Positions 39,971-52,796 of a DNA stretch of 64,000 bases are shown here, piece by piece (within the stretch, counting starts at the first letter, position 1; every line of letters begins with the position of its first letter). The notes under the pieces were generated by a model. The model ran no database searches, was not told where the DNA came from, and worked only from the letters and a program-made list of their open reading frames with translations. A program made the position numbers and the translations under genes. The DNA comes from Octopus vulgaris (taxonomy: Eukaryota), in assembly GCA_951406725.2 (NCBI GenBank), contig OX597843.1, positions 6,138,001 through 6,202,000 of the forward strand, in the 5' to 3' direction.

Positions 39971-40276
39971 CTGTGGAAAAGAGAAAAACAGAAATGAATA
40001 GAAATATACAAGAAGGGCAGGTCTGGTTGTATATTTATATACATCCAGATCATAGTGGTGCAGTCTCCTGGCTTACCAGCCCTCGGTTGAACCGTCCAAC
40101 CTATGCCAGCATGGAAAGCAAACATTAAACTATGAGGATCGACGAGATGAGATCTTTTGCTCAAGAACATAAGACACTGCCTGCTCCATGATTTTGCGAT
40201 CATGTGGATGTACACATGTTACAAGTATACATGTATGGCCGTTTGCCAGCCCTGTCTGGCACATAATAAGGACTCA

Positions 40277-40735
40277 TGGAGTGGTTGGCGTTAGGAAGGG
40301 CATCCAGCCGTAGAAACATTGCCTGATCAGACTGGGCCTGGTGCAGCCTTCTGGCCTCCCAGACCCCAGTTGAACCGTCCAACCCATGCCAGCATGGAAA
40401 GCGGACATTAAACGACGATGATGATGATGTGTGTGTGTGTATACATATATATGTGGCACGTAAAAAGCACCATCCGAAGCCAGTGCCGCCTCGACTGGCT
40501 TCCATAAAATGCACCAATCCGACTGTGGCCGTTGCCAGCCTCGCCTGGCACCAGTGCAGGTGGCACGTAAAAAGCACCCACTACACTCACGGAGTGGTTG
40601 GCGTTAGGAAGGGCATCCAGCTGTAGAAACACTGCCAGATCAGACTGGAGCCTGGTGCAGCCTTCTGGCCTCCCAGACCCCAGTTGAACCGTCCAACCCA
40701 TGCCAGCATGGGAAGCAAACATTACATGATGATCC
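40277..40735 (+). mobile_element. SINE family C copies with (GAT)n tail
   Basis: GGAGTGGTTGGCGTTAGGAAGGGCATCCAG...CATGGAAAGCGGACATTAAACGACGATGATG; also at 28822-28975 and 37420-37715. Confidence 0.8.
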
Positions 40736-41741
40736 AGCCAGCAAACGGTAACAGGTATGCTGAGGTAGACCTCACAGGTACTGATACCATGCGAAAAGCA
40801 CTCAGATCACTCTGCAAAAAAAGGTTCATCTTAGAAAAGGTGTTCAGCCTTAAAAGCTATGCCAAAGCAGACCTCACCAGTGCTGCTGCCACATAAAAAG
40901 ACCCAGTCGGCGCAGGAGTGGCTGTGTGGTAAGTAGCTTGCTTCCCAACCACATGGTTCTGGGCAGGTCTGGTGAGGCGGTTGTATATCTATATACATCC
41001 AGATCATATTGGCACGTGGTCGAACTGTCCAACCCATGCCAGAATGGAAAGCAAACATTAACCCTTTTGTTACCATATTTCTGCTGAGATGCTCTGTGTT
41101 TCTTTCAATTATAACAAAGAATTTAGTAAAATAACTTAGTTATCATTAAGTTAGTGTTAGGAACATAAATTGTGACTAAGGTTTTAATTCAAAACTTATG
41201 AAAACAAGACATTTGTACTCAGAGCTGGTTTCAGTCGGGTTGGTATCAAAAGGGTTAAACAACGACAATAATGATGATCCAGCCTGCCAATGGTAACAGG
41301 CAGACCACATGGGTACAGACACCATGCAAAAAGCACCCAGATCGCTCTGCAAAAAAGGGTTCATCTTAGAAAAGGTGTTCAGCCTTAAAAGCTATGCCAA
41401 AGCAGACCTCACCAGTGCTGGTTCCACATAAAAAGCACCCAGTCCTCTCTGTAAAAGTGCCAGCATTAGGAAGGGCATCCAGCTGTAAAAGCCCTAAAGT
41501 AGACCTCTTTGGTGCTGGTACCATGTAAGAAGTAACCAGTCCACTCTGGATGGCATTAGGAAGGGTATCCAGTTATAGAAGCCATGCCAAAGCAGACCTC
41601 TCTGGTGCCATGTAAAAAAGCACCCAGTCCACTTTGTAATGTGGGCACCCAGCCCTAAAAAAAGAGCTGGCAAGAGAACTGCCCCAAATTCCCCTGTTGT
41701 TTTGGCATGTTTTTTCTTTTTTTATGGCTGGGTGCCCTTCC

Positions 41742-41829
41742 TGATATTTCTGCTTGAGCACCTCCATGCTGAATCTGTCTGATACGTAATGGAAAATAGG
41801 CCTCAGTTTCAAAACATTGATGTCAAGGT
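41742..41829 (-). other. possible coding exon fragment (LDINVLKLRPIFHYVSDRFSMEVLKQKYQ) running into a repeat
   Basis: Acceptor TTCCTTTCAG and an open frame; no clear donor before SINE-like sequence begins. Confidence 0.35.
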
Positions 41830-42344
41830 CTGAAAGGAATTATTATCATTTCTGTTGATTACTCGAAAAAAGCCAATAGGAAATAACACTTACTAAACAA
41901 AACTTTAAAACTTGTTACAGTGGTAGCGGTGACAGGCGCAAACATTGTTTTTGCCTTTGATTTAATCTACAAAACCACTTTCCCCACATCCTTGTGTCTG
42001 GAATTTCCGTCCAGGAAGAAATATACGACCTGCATAAATTCCCTTACTACAGAAATAAAGTTAATTAAAAGCCTAAATATCTGATGCGTATTATAATTAT
42101 TATTATTTTTCACTTTAGCACTTTCATCATGAGACCAAATAACATTGGGTTTTCTAAAAATATTTACTGTTATAAACCCAAACTCGAATATAAAAGTTTA
42201 AAAGGTTTTAAGCAACTACTAAATTGTAAGCAAAACCAAACTTCAACGCAATAACATTTTTATGCAGTTGCTACATTTCTAGACTAATTAAAATCAACAT
42301 GAGGAATATTTAAAGGAGAATTCATCTACGAAGCAATTGCCCCA

Positions 42345-42570
42345 GCTCCCCTTCGGGGTTCGCAAAGGCCATGTGGTGGACAACGAAAAACCTGGCTGAT
42401 CTGGAACCCAACCTAGGCCTACCCATGTCTACGGCGTTCGCCGCTGGAATAAGGAGTGGTTGGAGATCACACGGTCGTTGGCCTTAAATCGCCAGGCCTG
42501 GTCGGCGTTTGTGAGAGATGCAGCATTGAGGATGAATGAAGCCAGCTCAACCCACCCCGGGTGGATGCTG
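42345..42570 (+). mobile_element. RTE-clade LINE 3' relic
   Basis: GGQRKTW..DLEP...VYGVRRWNKEWL...SLALNRQAWSA. Confidence 0.7.
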
Positions 42571-42697
42571 TCTCAAAACAAGAACTAAAATCAACTCTGA
42601 ACATGTCGTGCCGCAAACAGATCAGAACTCCACAAAATGACACTGCAAGCATAGAACAGCAATCAAAATCATGTAAACAAAACAAAATTCACAACAA

Positions 42698-44220
42698 CGT
42701 AGTCCTAGGTACACTATGTATGAATAAAAGACGGGATGGTCACAACTGGAACATGTTTTAAATCATAGGTCTGCTGGATCAGGACTGACCTGGGGCTAAA
42801 CAACAAGGGAGGCACATTAGATAATGTAGTCCTAGATACACTATGTATGAATAAAAGACAGGATGGTCACAGTTGGAACATGTTTTAAATCATAGGTCTG
42901 CTGGATCAGGACTGACCTGGGGCTAAACAACAAGGGAGGCACATTAGATAATGTAGTCCTAGATACACTATGTATGAATAAAAGACAGGATGGTCACAGT
43001 TGGAACATCCTTTAAATTATAGCTCTGCTGGATCAGGACTGACCTGGGGCTAAACAACAAGGGAGGCACATTAGATAATGTAGTCCTAGGTACACTATGT
43101 ATGAATAAAAGACAGGATGGTCACAGTTGGAACATCCTTTAAATTATAGCTCTGCTGGATCTAAGCTGACCAGGGGCTAAACAACAATAAGGGAGAACAC
43201 GTTAGATAATGTAGTCCTAGATGCACTATGCCTAAATAAAAAACAGGATGGTCACAATTGGAACATCCTTTAAATTATAGCTCTGCTGGATCAGGACTGA
43301 CCTGGGGCTAAACAACAAGGGAGGCACATTAGATAATGTAGTCCTAGGTACACTATGTATGAATAAAAGACAGGATGGTCACAGTTGGAACATCCTTTAA
43401 ATTATAGCTCTGCTGGATCTAAGCTGACCAGGGGCTAAACAACAATAAGGGAGAACACGTTAGATAATGTAGTCCTAGATGCACTATGCCTAAATAAAAA
43501 ACAGGATGGTCACAATTGGAACATCCTTTAAATTATAGCTCTGCTGGATCAGGACTGACCTGGGGCTAAACAACAAGGGAGGCACATTAGATAATGTAGT
43601 CCTAGGTACACTATGTATGAATAAAAGACAGGATGATCACAGTTGGAACATCCTTTAAATTATAGCTCTGCTGGATCTAAGCTGACCAGGGGCTAAACAA
43701 CAATAAGGGAGAACACGTTAGATAATGTAGTCCTAGATGCACTATGCCTGAATAAAAAACAGGATGGTCACAATTGGAACATCCTTTAAATTATAGCTCT
43801 GCTGGATCAGGACTGACCTGGGGCTAAACAACAAGGGAGGCACATTAGATAATGTAGTCCTAGGTACACTATGTATGAATAAAAGACAGGATGGTCACAG
43901 TTGGAACATCCTTTAAATTATAGCTCTGCTGGATCTAAGCTGACCAGGGGCTAAACAACAATAAGGGAGAACACGTTAGATAATGTAGTCCTAGATGCAC
44001 TATGCCTGAATAAAAAACAGGATGGTCACAGTTGGAACATCTCTGATCATAGGTCTGTCTGGATCAGGACTGACCTGGGGCTAAACAACAAGGGAGGCAC
44101 ATTAGATAATGTAGCCCTAGATACACTGTGCCTGAATAAAAGACGGGATGGTCACAACTGGAACATGTTTTAAATCATGGCTCTGCTGGATCTAAGCTGA
44201 CCAGGGGCTAAACATCAACA
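42698..44220. repeat. 127/131-bp satellite, about 12 units, with a 258-bp dimeric higher-order repeat
   Basis: GGATC anchors at 42776, 42903, 43030, 43157, 43288, 43415, 43546, 43673, 43804, 43931, 44061 and 44188. Confidence 0.95.
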
Positions 44221-45263
44221 AAGGGGGTCGACCTTGAGTGACTTCAACACAACCAAAGCATTCTATAGGGGATTAGTGGAGGGGAGGTACGACGACGATC
44301 TCGGGGCAAACCTGGGCGTCGACGAGGAATACCTGACCCGCCTGTTTCAAACGACTTTCGGCCCGGGACCTATGGACAACTTCCAGAGATCCCTGGCCTG
44401 GCGGTGCTACCGAGAAGCGCTACCCGTTCGGGATAAGCTCTATAGGCATGGCTCGAGAAACACGGGGCCGACCTGCCCGAGATGCGGGCAGAGCGACGAA
44501 ACCGCTCTGCACGCAATCGTGCAGTGTCCAGCAATTTCCCACCTGTGGGCTTATGTCGAACGACTGCTGTCACGTGTGGGACGTGTCGGTTTATCAGCCG
44601 AGTCTATCGTTAATATCGTCACGCCTCCTTCGTTCAAACGGGAAGGAAGAGCTATTTTTATCATACTTGTGGCTATGGCGAAAGAATGTATCTGGTGGAT
44701 GCGCCTGAAAGGATTAGAGACAAACACTTTCCTCTCTGGTCAATCTCTCATCAACTTCTTCAAGTATCACTTGAAGAGGAAAGTGAGAGTAGAGAGGCAA
44801 GTGTTGTCTAGTGAATGTTTTAAAAAAAGATGGGTGAATGTAGCAAGGATGGCACGTATGAATGACGAAGCCACCTTGACTATGATTCTATGAACCATAA
44901 AAATTAATACAGAGAGTTGCTTATTTGCAAAAAAAAAAAAAAGAAATATAACATGTGACTTCATTGACCGAGGTTACCGTGGTCTTTTCCGTAGGCTTTT
45001 CTTTCCACGAGTAAACCTCACCTGTCCTCCCCTTTACACTTCATATTGACATTTCTGTGATAACGATCCCTACTGATCAATTTTTTTTCCTCTCCCCCTT
45101 TTTTTTAACCCACCCCCTTTTTTTGTCCTCTTTCTCTCCTTTTACGATCCCTTTTGATCGAAACTCCCCCCTCATTTTTTTTTTTTCCTTTAACCTTCAA
45201 AAGAAAAGCTCTACCTTGTAATTTGTTCTATCTGTGTGCAGCCCTGTGTGGCTAATAAAGAAA
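44221..45263 (+). mobile_element. L1/Tx1-clade LINE, 5'-truncated (zf-RVT domain + 3' UTR)
   Basis: ORF 44234-44893: LAWR...ALPVRDKL...CPRCGQSDETALHAIVQCP....LW; pyrimidine-rich UTR; AATAAA at the end. Confidence 0.88.
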
Positions 45264-45303
45264 CATATCTATCTATCTCTATGTTATCTTATCTACCAAC
45301 CAA

Positions 45304-45339
<36 letters not shown>

Positions 45340-45867
45340 GTATGTGTGTGGGTGTGTGCGTACGTGTATATATATATATGTGTGTGAGTGTGTGTGTATA
45401 CATATGTGCGTATAAGTATGTCTAGATGAAGACAATAACATCGCCCCCACCCTCTGCTCCCCACAAGAACGGTAATGGCATTCTGAAGACTGGAGAACAG
45501 TAAAAACAGTGGCACAGGATGGGGGAGCGGATGGAGGGCGCGGGGGTGTTACAGAAGGGTGGGGGGAGCGGATGGAGGGCGCGGGGGTGTTACAGAAGGG
45601 TGGGGGGAGCCGTGGTAGACGTGGGGTGGCGACTATGTGGAGGGTGAGGGGTGAATCCATTTAAAGAACACATGTATGAGTGGTGCTCTGACGTTTGAAA
45701 CCTAATTATATACACTTCGAGACATATATACACACGTATATACATACATACATACATACATACTTGTATGTATAAACATTCGCTGGTGCACGCGCACTTA
45801 TACACACACACATATACAGACGTATATACATGCTGACGTATCTAGACGCATGTATGTATGCATGTAT

Positions 45868-46545
<678 letters not shown>

Positions 46546-46812
46546 TATACACACATATATATATATATATATGTATGTATATATATGTATTTATACACAC
46601 ACACAAAAGGGGGGCTGCAAAGTTCCTTGCTTTAAGGGTGTCGCGAAAGGCCTGGTTGGAGGCTCAACCTTCTGAGTTCTTTTAGAAGGTTTACAAAAAC
46701 TGAAGGACCGCTTGTGTGTGTGAATCTGAGAGGAGAATATGTTGAATAAAATCATAACTGATCCTCCTCTATTTTCTTTTACCCAAAGCGAAGAACTTTT
46801 CAGCATCCACTC

Positions 46813-46858
<46 letters not shown>

Positions 46859-46965
46859 TATATAAAGTTAATCCAAACAAGAAAGCACAAAAAAAACACA
46901 ACAACGCGAGGACGTGGAACAAATAAAGTATTATTGGACGCTCAGGAAAGAAGGGAAGAAGGAGA

Positions 46966-47002
46966 GTTTAACGTTTCAAGCGGAGAGCTCTTCGTCGGAA
47001 AC
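46966..47002 (-). ncRNA. minimal type I hammerhead-like motif
   Basis: GUUU CCGACGA A GAGC-UCUCC-GCUU GAAAC GUU AAAC. Confidence 0.6.
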
Positions 47003-47084
47003 ATAGGAGAAGGAAAGATCCAGAGAAGGGAAGACAGAGGGAAAAAAAAATCGCCAACGGTACACACGAGGTCACATTTTGAAA

Positions 47085-47119
<35 letters not shown>

Positions 47120-47209
47120 CATACATATGATTAAAAATGTGACCGCGTGTGTATCGTTGGCGATTTTTTTCCCTCTGTCTTCCCTTCTCTGGATCTTTCC
47201 TTCTCCTAT

Positions 47210-47244
47210 GTTTCCGACGAAGAGCTCCGCTCGAAACGTTAAAC
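47210..47244 (+). ncRNA. minimal type I hammerhead-like motif
   Basis: GUUU CCGACGA A GAGC-UCC-GCUC GAAAC GUU AAAC; predicted cut after 47240. Confidence 0.65.
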
Positions 47245-47341
47245 CCTCCTTCTTCCCTTCTTTCCTGAGCGTCCAATAATACTATATTTGTTCCACGTCC
47301 TCGCGTTGTGTTTTCTCTTTGTGTTTTCATGTTTGGATTAA

Positions 47342-47408
<67 letters not shown>

Positions 47409-47941
47409 TAAATATACACACCTACGGCATATATACACAAACATACATACACACACCCAGCGGACCTCGCTACTACCACCACAATGCCTATCGTCATCTT
47501 ACAGTCACTGTATATATACACACAGCAGTAAGTGGATCCTATGCGTGTATATAAAATTTATAAACAAAATTTTATCTTAACTCTTCAGCCTGCGCCTGAC
47601 ACACGGCGAATGAGAGCTTCAATTAATGGCGGATCGGAGATGAAATTAATGGCGGGGTTGCCTGTGAAAAGTTTTAGCCGTTGTCAGAATATTGTGTAAC
47701 GGAAAACAAACATATTCAAAGAATATTTGTACATAAGTTTCATACTTCCTTTTTCTTCCAAAATTTTCGTTGCTTTTGCGCTGGAGTGGCTGTGTGGTAA
47801 GCAGTTTGCTTACCAACCACATGGTTCCGGGTTCATTCCCACTGCGTGGCATCTTGGGCAAGTGTCTTCTGCTATAGCCCCGGGCTGACCAATGCCTTGT
47901 GAGTGGATTTGGTAGACGGAAACTGAAAGAAGCCTGTCGTA

Positions 47942-48003
<62 letters not shown>

Positions 48004-48685
48004 GTATGTGTGTGTATGTGTTTGTGTCTGTTTGTCTCCTTAGCATTGCTTGACAACCGATGCTGGTGTGTTTACGTCCCCGTGGCACCTTGGGCAAGTG
48101 TCTTCTATTATTGGATTTGGTAGACGGAAACTGAAAGAAGCCCTTCGTATATATGTATATATATATGTGTGTGTGTGTCTGTGTTTGTCCCCCTAGCATT
48201 GCTTGACAACCGATGCTGGTGTGTTTACGTCCCCGTCACTTAGCGGTTCGGCAAATGAGACCGATAGAATAAGTACTGGGCTTACAAAAGAATAAGTCAC
48301 GGGGTCGATTTGTTCGACTAAAGGCGGTGCTCCAGCATGGCCGCAGTCAAATGACTGAAACAAGTAAAAGAGTAGAGAGAGAACACAAACATATTCAAAG
48401 AATATTTCTACATAAGCTTCGTACTTCCTTTTTCTTCCAAAATTTTCGTTGCTTTTGAATGTTGATGGATGTCGATTCTCGTCCAGTGACAAGGATGCAA
48501 AAGCAACGAAAATTTTGGAAGAAGAAATATAAATGAATGGAAATCAAACCGGTGAGTGTGTCTGATAATAAGGCATTAACACAATATGACTCTCCCCAGA
48601 CAAAACAAAATTTGCTACAATACACGAGTTCACATAAAGAATCCTGCAAACCAGATATATATACCAATACTGCTTATATTAATTT

Positions 48686-48744
<59 letters not shown>

Positions 48745-49767
48745 TCTTTTACTCGTTTGCTTGTTTCAGTCATTTTTTACTGTGGCCATGCTGGAGCATC
48801 GCATTTAGTCGAGCAAATCGACTCCAGGACTTATTCTTTGTAAGCCCAGTACTTATTCTATCGGTCTCTTTTGCCGAACCGCTAGGTTACGGGGGACATA
48901 AACGCACCAGCATCGGTTGTCAAGCAATGTTGAGGGTGTGTGACAATCAGACACACCAACATATACACATATATACGACGGGCTTCTTTCAGTTTCCGTC
49001 TACCAAATCCACTCACAAGGCATTGGTCAGCCCGAAGCTATAGTAGACGACACTTGCCCAAGGTGCCACGCAGTGGGACTGAACCCGGAACCTATTATAT
49101 ATATATATACATATATACTCTTTTACTTGTTTCAGTCATTTGACTGTGGCCATGCTGGAGCACTGCCTTTAATCGAGCAACTCGACCCCGGGATTTATTC
49201 TTTGTAAGCCCAGTACTTATTCTATCGGTCTCTTTTGCCGAACCGCTAGCTTACGGGGGACATAAACGCACCAGCATTGGTTGTCAAGCAATGCTAGGGG
49301 GACAAACACACACACTCATATATATATATATACATATATACGACAGGTTTCTTTCAGTTTCCGTCTACCAAATCCACTCACAAGGCTTTGGTCGGCCCGG
49401 GGCTATAGCAGAAGACCATTACCCAAGGTGCCACGCAGTGGGACTGAACCCGGAACCATTTTCATATATGACAGAAAATAATTTTTGTCTCTTTTTATGG
49501 AAACAGAAGGGTTTATAGGTCTGCAGAAAAGAAATGCTTCAATATGAATGAGACGAAGATAAAGGAACATTGATCGTAGAACAGAAATGAAATTCGAGTC
49601 AACAACTTCATATATAATGGTTGTATACTGTCAATCTAACAAGAACGTGACAGTAGGGGGTACACCACCGTTATATAGCCCTAGGAGGCATCGAACGCCT
49701 CCTGACAGCTTCGGCACATTTTATCCTGTGTCCTTATATACACATACGAAGGGGAGACAAACACCCC

Positions 49768-49851
49768 CAACTGCCGGAACTGCATCTAGGGACACCGTGT
49801 TTCAGGATCATTGTCCTTCATCGGCCTAGAGTAGCAGACACCGGTCAGCTG
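49768..49851 (-). ncRNA. full-length type I hammerhead ribozyme (U4C core variant)
   Basis: CUGC-UAC-UCUAGG CCGAUGA AGGA-CAAUGA-UCCU GAAA CACGGU GUC CCUAGA-U-GCAG; stem I extends via CCGG/CCGG and CAGCUG/CAGUUG. Confidence 0.8.
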
Positions 49852-50366
49852 GCGATATCTGTCTGGACTTCGTATCTGTGTATATCTATAGTCAGTGAAG
49901 TCTATTCACTGATTATCAAAATAAGAAATATTGAGTTTCTAAATCTCTCGTAGAGAGGTGTACGGTGGTGGAGCAATATAATGGTTGTATACTGTCAATC
50001 TAACAAGAACGTGACAGTAGGGGGTACACCACAGTTTGAGGTGTTATATATAAAGTTGTTGACACGAATTTGATGTTTGTTCTATGATTAACGTCCCTTT
50101 ATATATGGAGGAGACTCCCTTCGGTAACTTAGAAAGTTACCCCCCGAGGCACAGAGAAAAATAGTTATAGAAAAACTTATCTTAAACTCAGAAATATTAG
50201 ATTTCTAAATATCTCATAGAGATATGTGCGGTGGTGGGGCGATAGAATGGTTGTATACTGTGAACTTAACGTGACAGTAAGGGAATTACATCACCGCTGT
50301 TTAGCCCTAGGAAGCTAGACGCTTCCTGATGGCTTCGACACATTTCCTCTGTCCTTATATATTTAC

Positions 50367-51576
50367 AGGAGGCGCAATGGCCCAGTGGTTAGGGCAGCGG
50401 GCTCGCGGTCGGAGGATCGCGGTTTCGATTCCCAGACCGGGCGTTGTGTGTGTTTATTGAGCGAAAACACCTAAAAGCTCCACGAGGCTCCGGCAGGGGA
50501 TGGTGGTGATCCCTGCTGTACTCTTTCACCACAACTTTCTCTCACTCTTACTTCCTGTTTCTGTTGTACCTGTATTTCAAAGGGCCGGCCTTGTCACTCT
50601 CTGTGTCACGCTGAATATCCCCGAGAACTACGTTAAGGGTACACGTGTCTGTGGAGTGCTCAGCCACTTACATGTTAATTTCTCGAGCAGGCTGTTCCGT
50701 TGATTCGGATCAACCGGAACCCTCGTCGTCGTAACCGACGGAGTGCTTCCATTTCAAAGGGCCGGCCTTGTCACTCTGAATATCCCCGAGAACTACGTTA
50801 AGGGTACACGTGTCTGCGGAGTGCTCAGCCACTTACACGTTAATTTCACGAGCAGGCTGTTCCGTTGATTCGGATCAACCGGAACCCTCGTCGTCGTAAC
50901 CGACGGAGTGCTTCCATTTCAAAGGGCCGGCCTTGTCACTCTGAATATCCCCGAGAACTACGTTAAGGGTACACGTGTCTGCGGAGTGCTCAGCCACTTA
51001 CACGTTAATTTCACGAGCAGGCTGTTCCGTTGATTCGGATCAACCGGAACCCTCGTCGTCGTAACCGACGGAGTGCTTCCATTTCAAAGGGCCGGCCTTG
51101 TCACTCTGAATATCCCCGAGAACTACGTTAAGGGTACACGTGTCTGCGGAGTGCTCAGCCACTTACACGTTAATTTCACGAGCAGGCTGTTCCGTTGATT
51201 CGGATCAACCGGAACCCTCGTCGTCGTAACCGACGGAGTGCTTCCATTTCAAAGGGCCGGCCTTGTCACTCTGAATATCCCCGAGAACTACGTTAAGGGT
51301 ACACGTGTCTGCGGAGTGCTCAGCCACTTACACGTTAATTTCACGAGCAGGCTGTTCCGTTGATTCGGATCAACCGGAACCCTCGTCGTCGTAACCGACG
51401 GAGTGCTTCCATTTCAAAGGGCCGGCCTTGTCACTCTGAATATCCCCGAGAACTACGTTAAGGGTACACGTGTCTGCGGAGTGCTCAGCCACTTACACGT
51501 TAATTTCACGAGCAGGCTGTTCCGTTGATTCGGATCAACCGGAACCCTCGTCGTCGTAACCGACGGAGTGCTTCCC
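50367..51576 (+). mobile_element. SINE family D (tRNA-like head) with five extra tandem 165-bp tail units
   Basis: A box TGGCCCAGTGG and B box GTTTCGATTCC; repeats start at 50751, 50916, 51081, 51246 and 51411; 10-bp TSD ATATATTTAC (50357-50366, 51577-51586). Confidence 0.92.
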
Positions 51577-52128
51577 ATATATTTACGAAAGGGAGACAAA
51601 CTCCCCCAGCAGCCAGGTCTGCATCTAGAGACACGCATGTTTCAGGGTCTTCTCTATATTTCTAAACACTATTTAAATCTATTTATCTCACCACTCTCAC
51701 TATTTGACAAGTATTCACTATATTTTATCTGCTATATATATAGCTCAATATCAAACCTGGGTCCCAAACCGTTAATTCGTTAACCATTGGTTAAACGTAG
51801 TTAACATTTTCGTGAACGGTTTAATTTTCAAGTTAACTTTGGAAATCATTATCGGACTAATTAACTTCCGTTAACTCAAGTCAACTTGAGTTAACTTCCT
51901 TTAACTGAAGAACGGTGACGTGAAACTCTTGGGTTCGAGTTTGTATAGATTCTTTCGGTTTCAATAAAGAGTATTTTACTCTATCTTCGGTATTCGAGCA
52001 CTAATTTTACCAACTTGTTTTGCATTTGTGTGCTTATTTATGTGTATGTGTGCGTGGGTGTGTGTGTGTGTGTGTAAAGATAGATAAATAGATACATATA
52101 CAGATGGAGAGATAGATAGATAGACGGG

Positions 52129-52178
<50 letters not shown>

Positions 52179-52454
52179 GACAGATAGATTAGATAGACAG
52201 ATAGATAAATAGATAGATGGATGGACAGACAGACACACAGACATATCCTCACGCGCACACACTTACACAGACTAACATGTACACGCACACACACCGCAAC
52301 CACTAATCTGTCCTCCTCTCTCTGCACCCTACCCCGAACACACACCCACCTCCCACGCACTGTGAAACCCCTCCTCCTTCTCCACTCCAACTCTCCGTCT
52401 CACACGTCGCGACCGCCCTGTACCACCACGCATCAATACTACGACGGCCAGCAT

Positions 52455-52796
52455 CATCACCACTACCACCACCACCAGCACCACTACCACCACCAGCACC
52501 ACCACCACTACCTCCACTACAATCATCACCACTACCACCCCACCACCACCACCACCACCACTACAACCACCAGCGCCACCACCACCACCACCACAACTAC
52601 CACCACCAGCGCCACCACCACCGCTACCACCACCACCACTACCTCCACTACAATCATCACCACCACCAGCACCAGCACTACTACAACCACCAGCGCCACC
52701 ACCACCACCACCACCACAACTACCACCACCAGCTCCACCACCACCACCACTACCATCACCACCACCTCCACCATCACCACCACCACCACCACCACC
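52455..52796. repeat. (ACC)n trinucleotide tract
   Basis: Directly visible. Confidence 0.95.

Larger units (their letters stand above)
46865..47344. mobile_element. inverted pair of ~220-bp non-coding elements in (TA)n, each with a minimal hammerhead
   Basis: 46865-47088 is the reverse complement of 47126-47344. Confidence 0.8.
49612..51650 (-). mobile_element. diverged ~360-bp tandem repeat carrying hammerheads (retrozyme-like or Penelope pLTR-like), interrupted by a SINE
   Basis: ATGGTTGTATACTGT..ACGTGACAGTA recurs at about 49617, 49981 and 50247; the third unit resumes at 51577. Confidence 0.65.

Noticed and set aside
42698-44220. Satellite as a ribozyme-bearing repeat
   Set aside because: No hammerhead core found by eye on either strand of the unit
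50105-50150. GGTAACTT/AAGTTACC hairpin as a hammerhead in repeat unit 2
   Set aside because: The hairpin is real, but both core strands are unrecognisable
50371-50445. tRNA gene (also B-box-like words near 12985 and 57447)
   Set aside because: No complete cloverleaf; the 50371 copy continues into a SINE body bounded by a TSD
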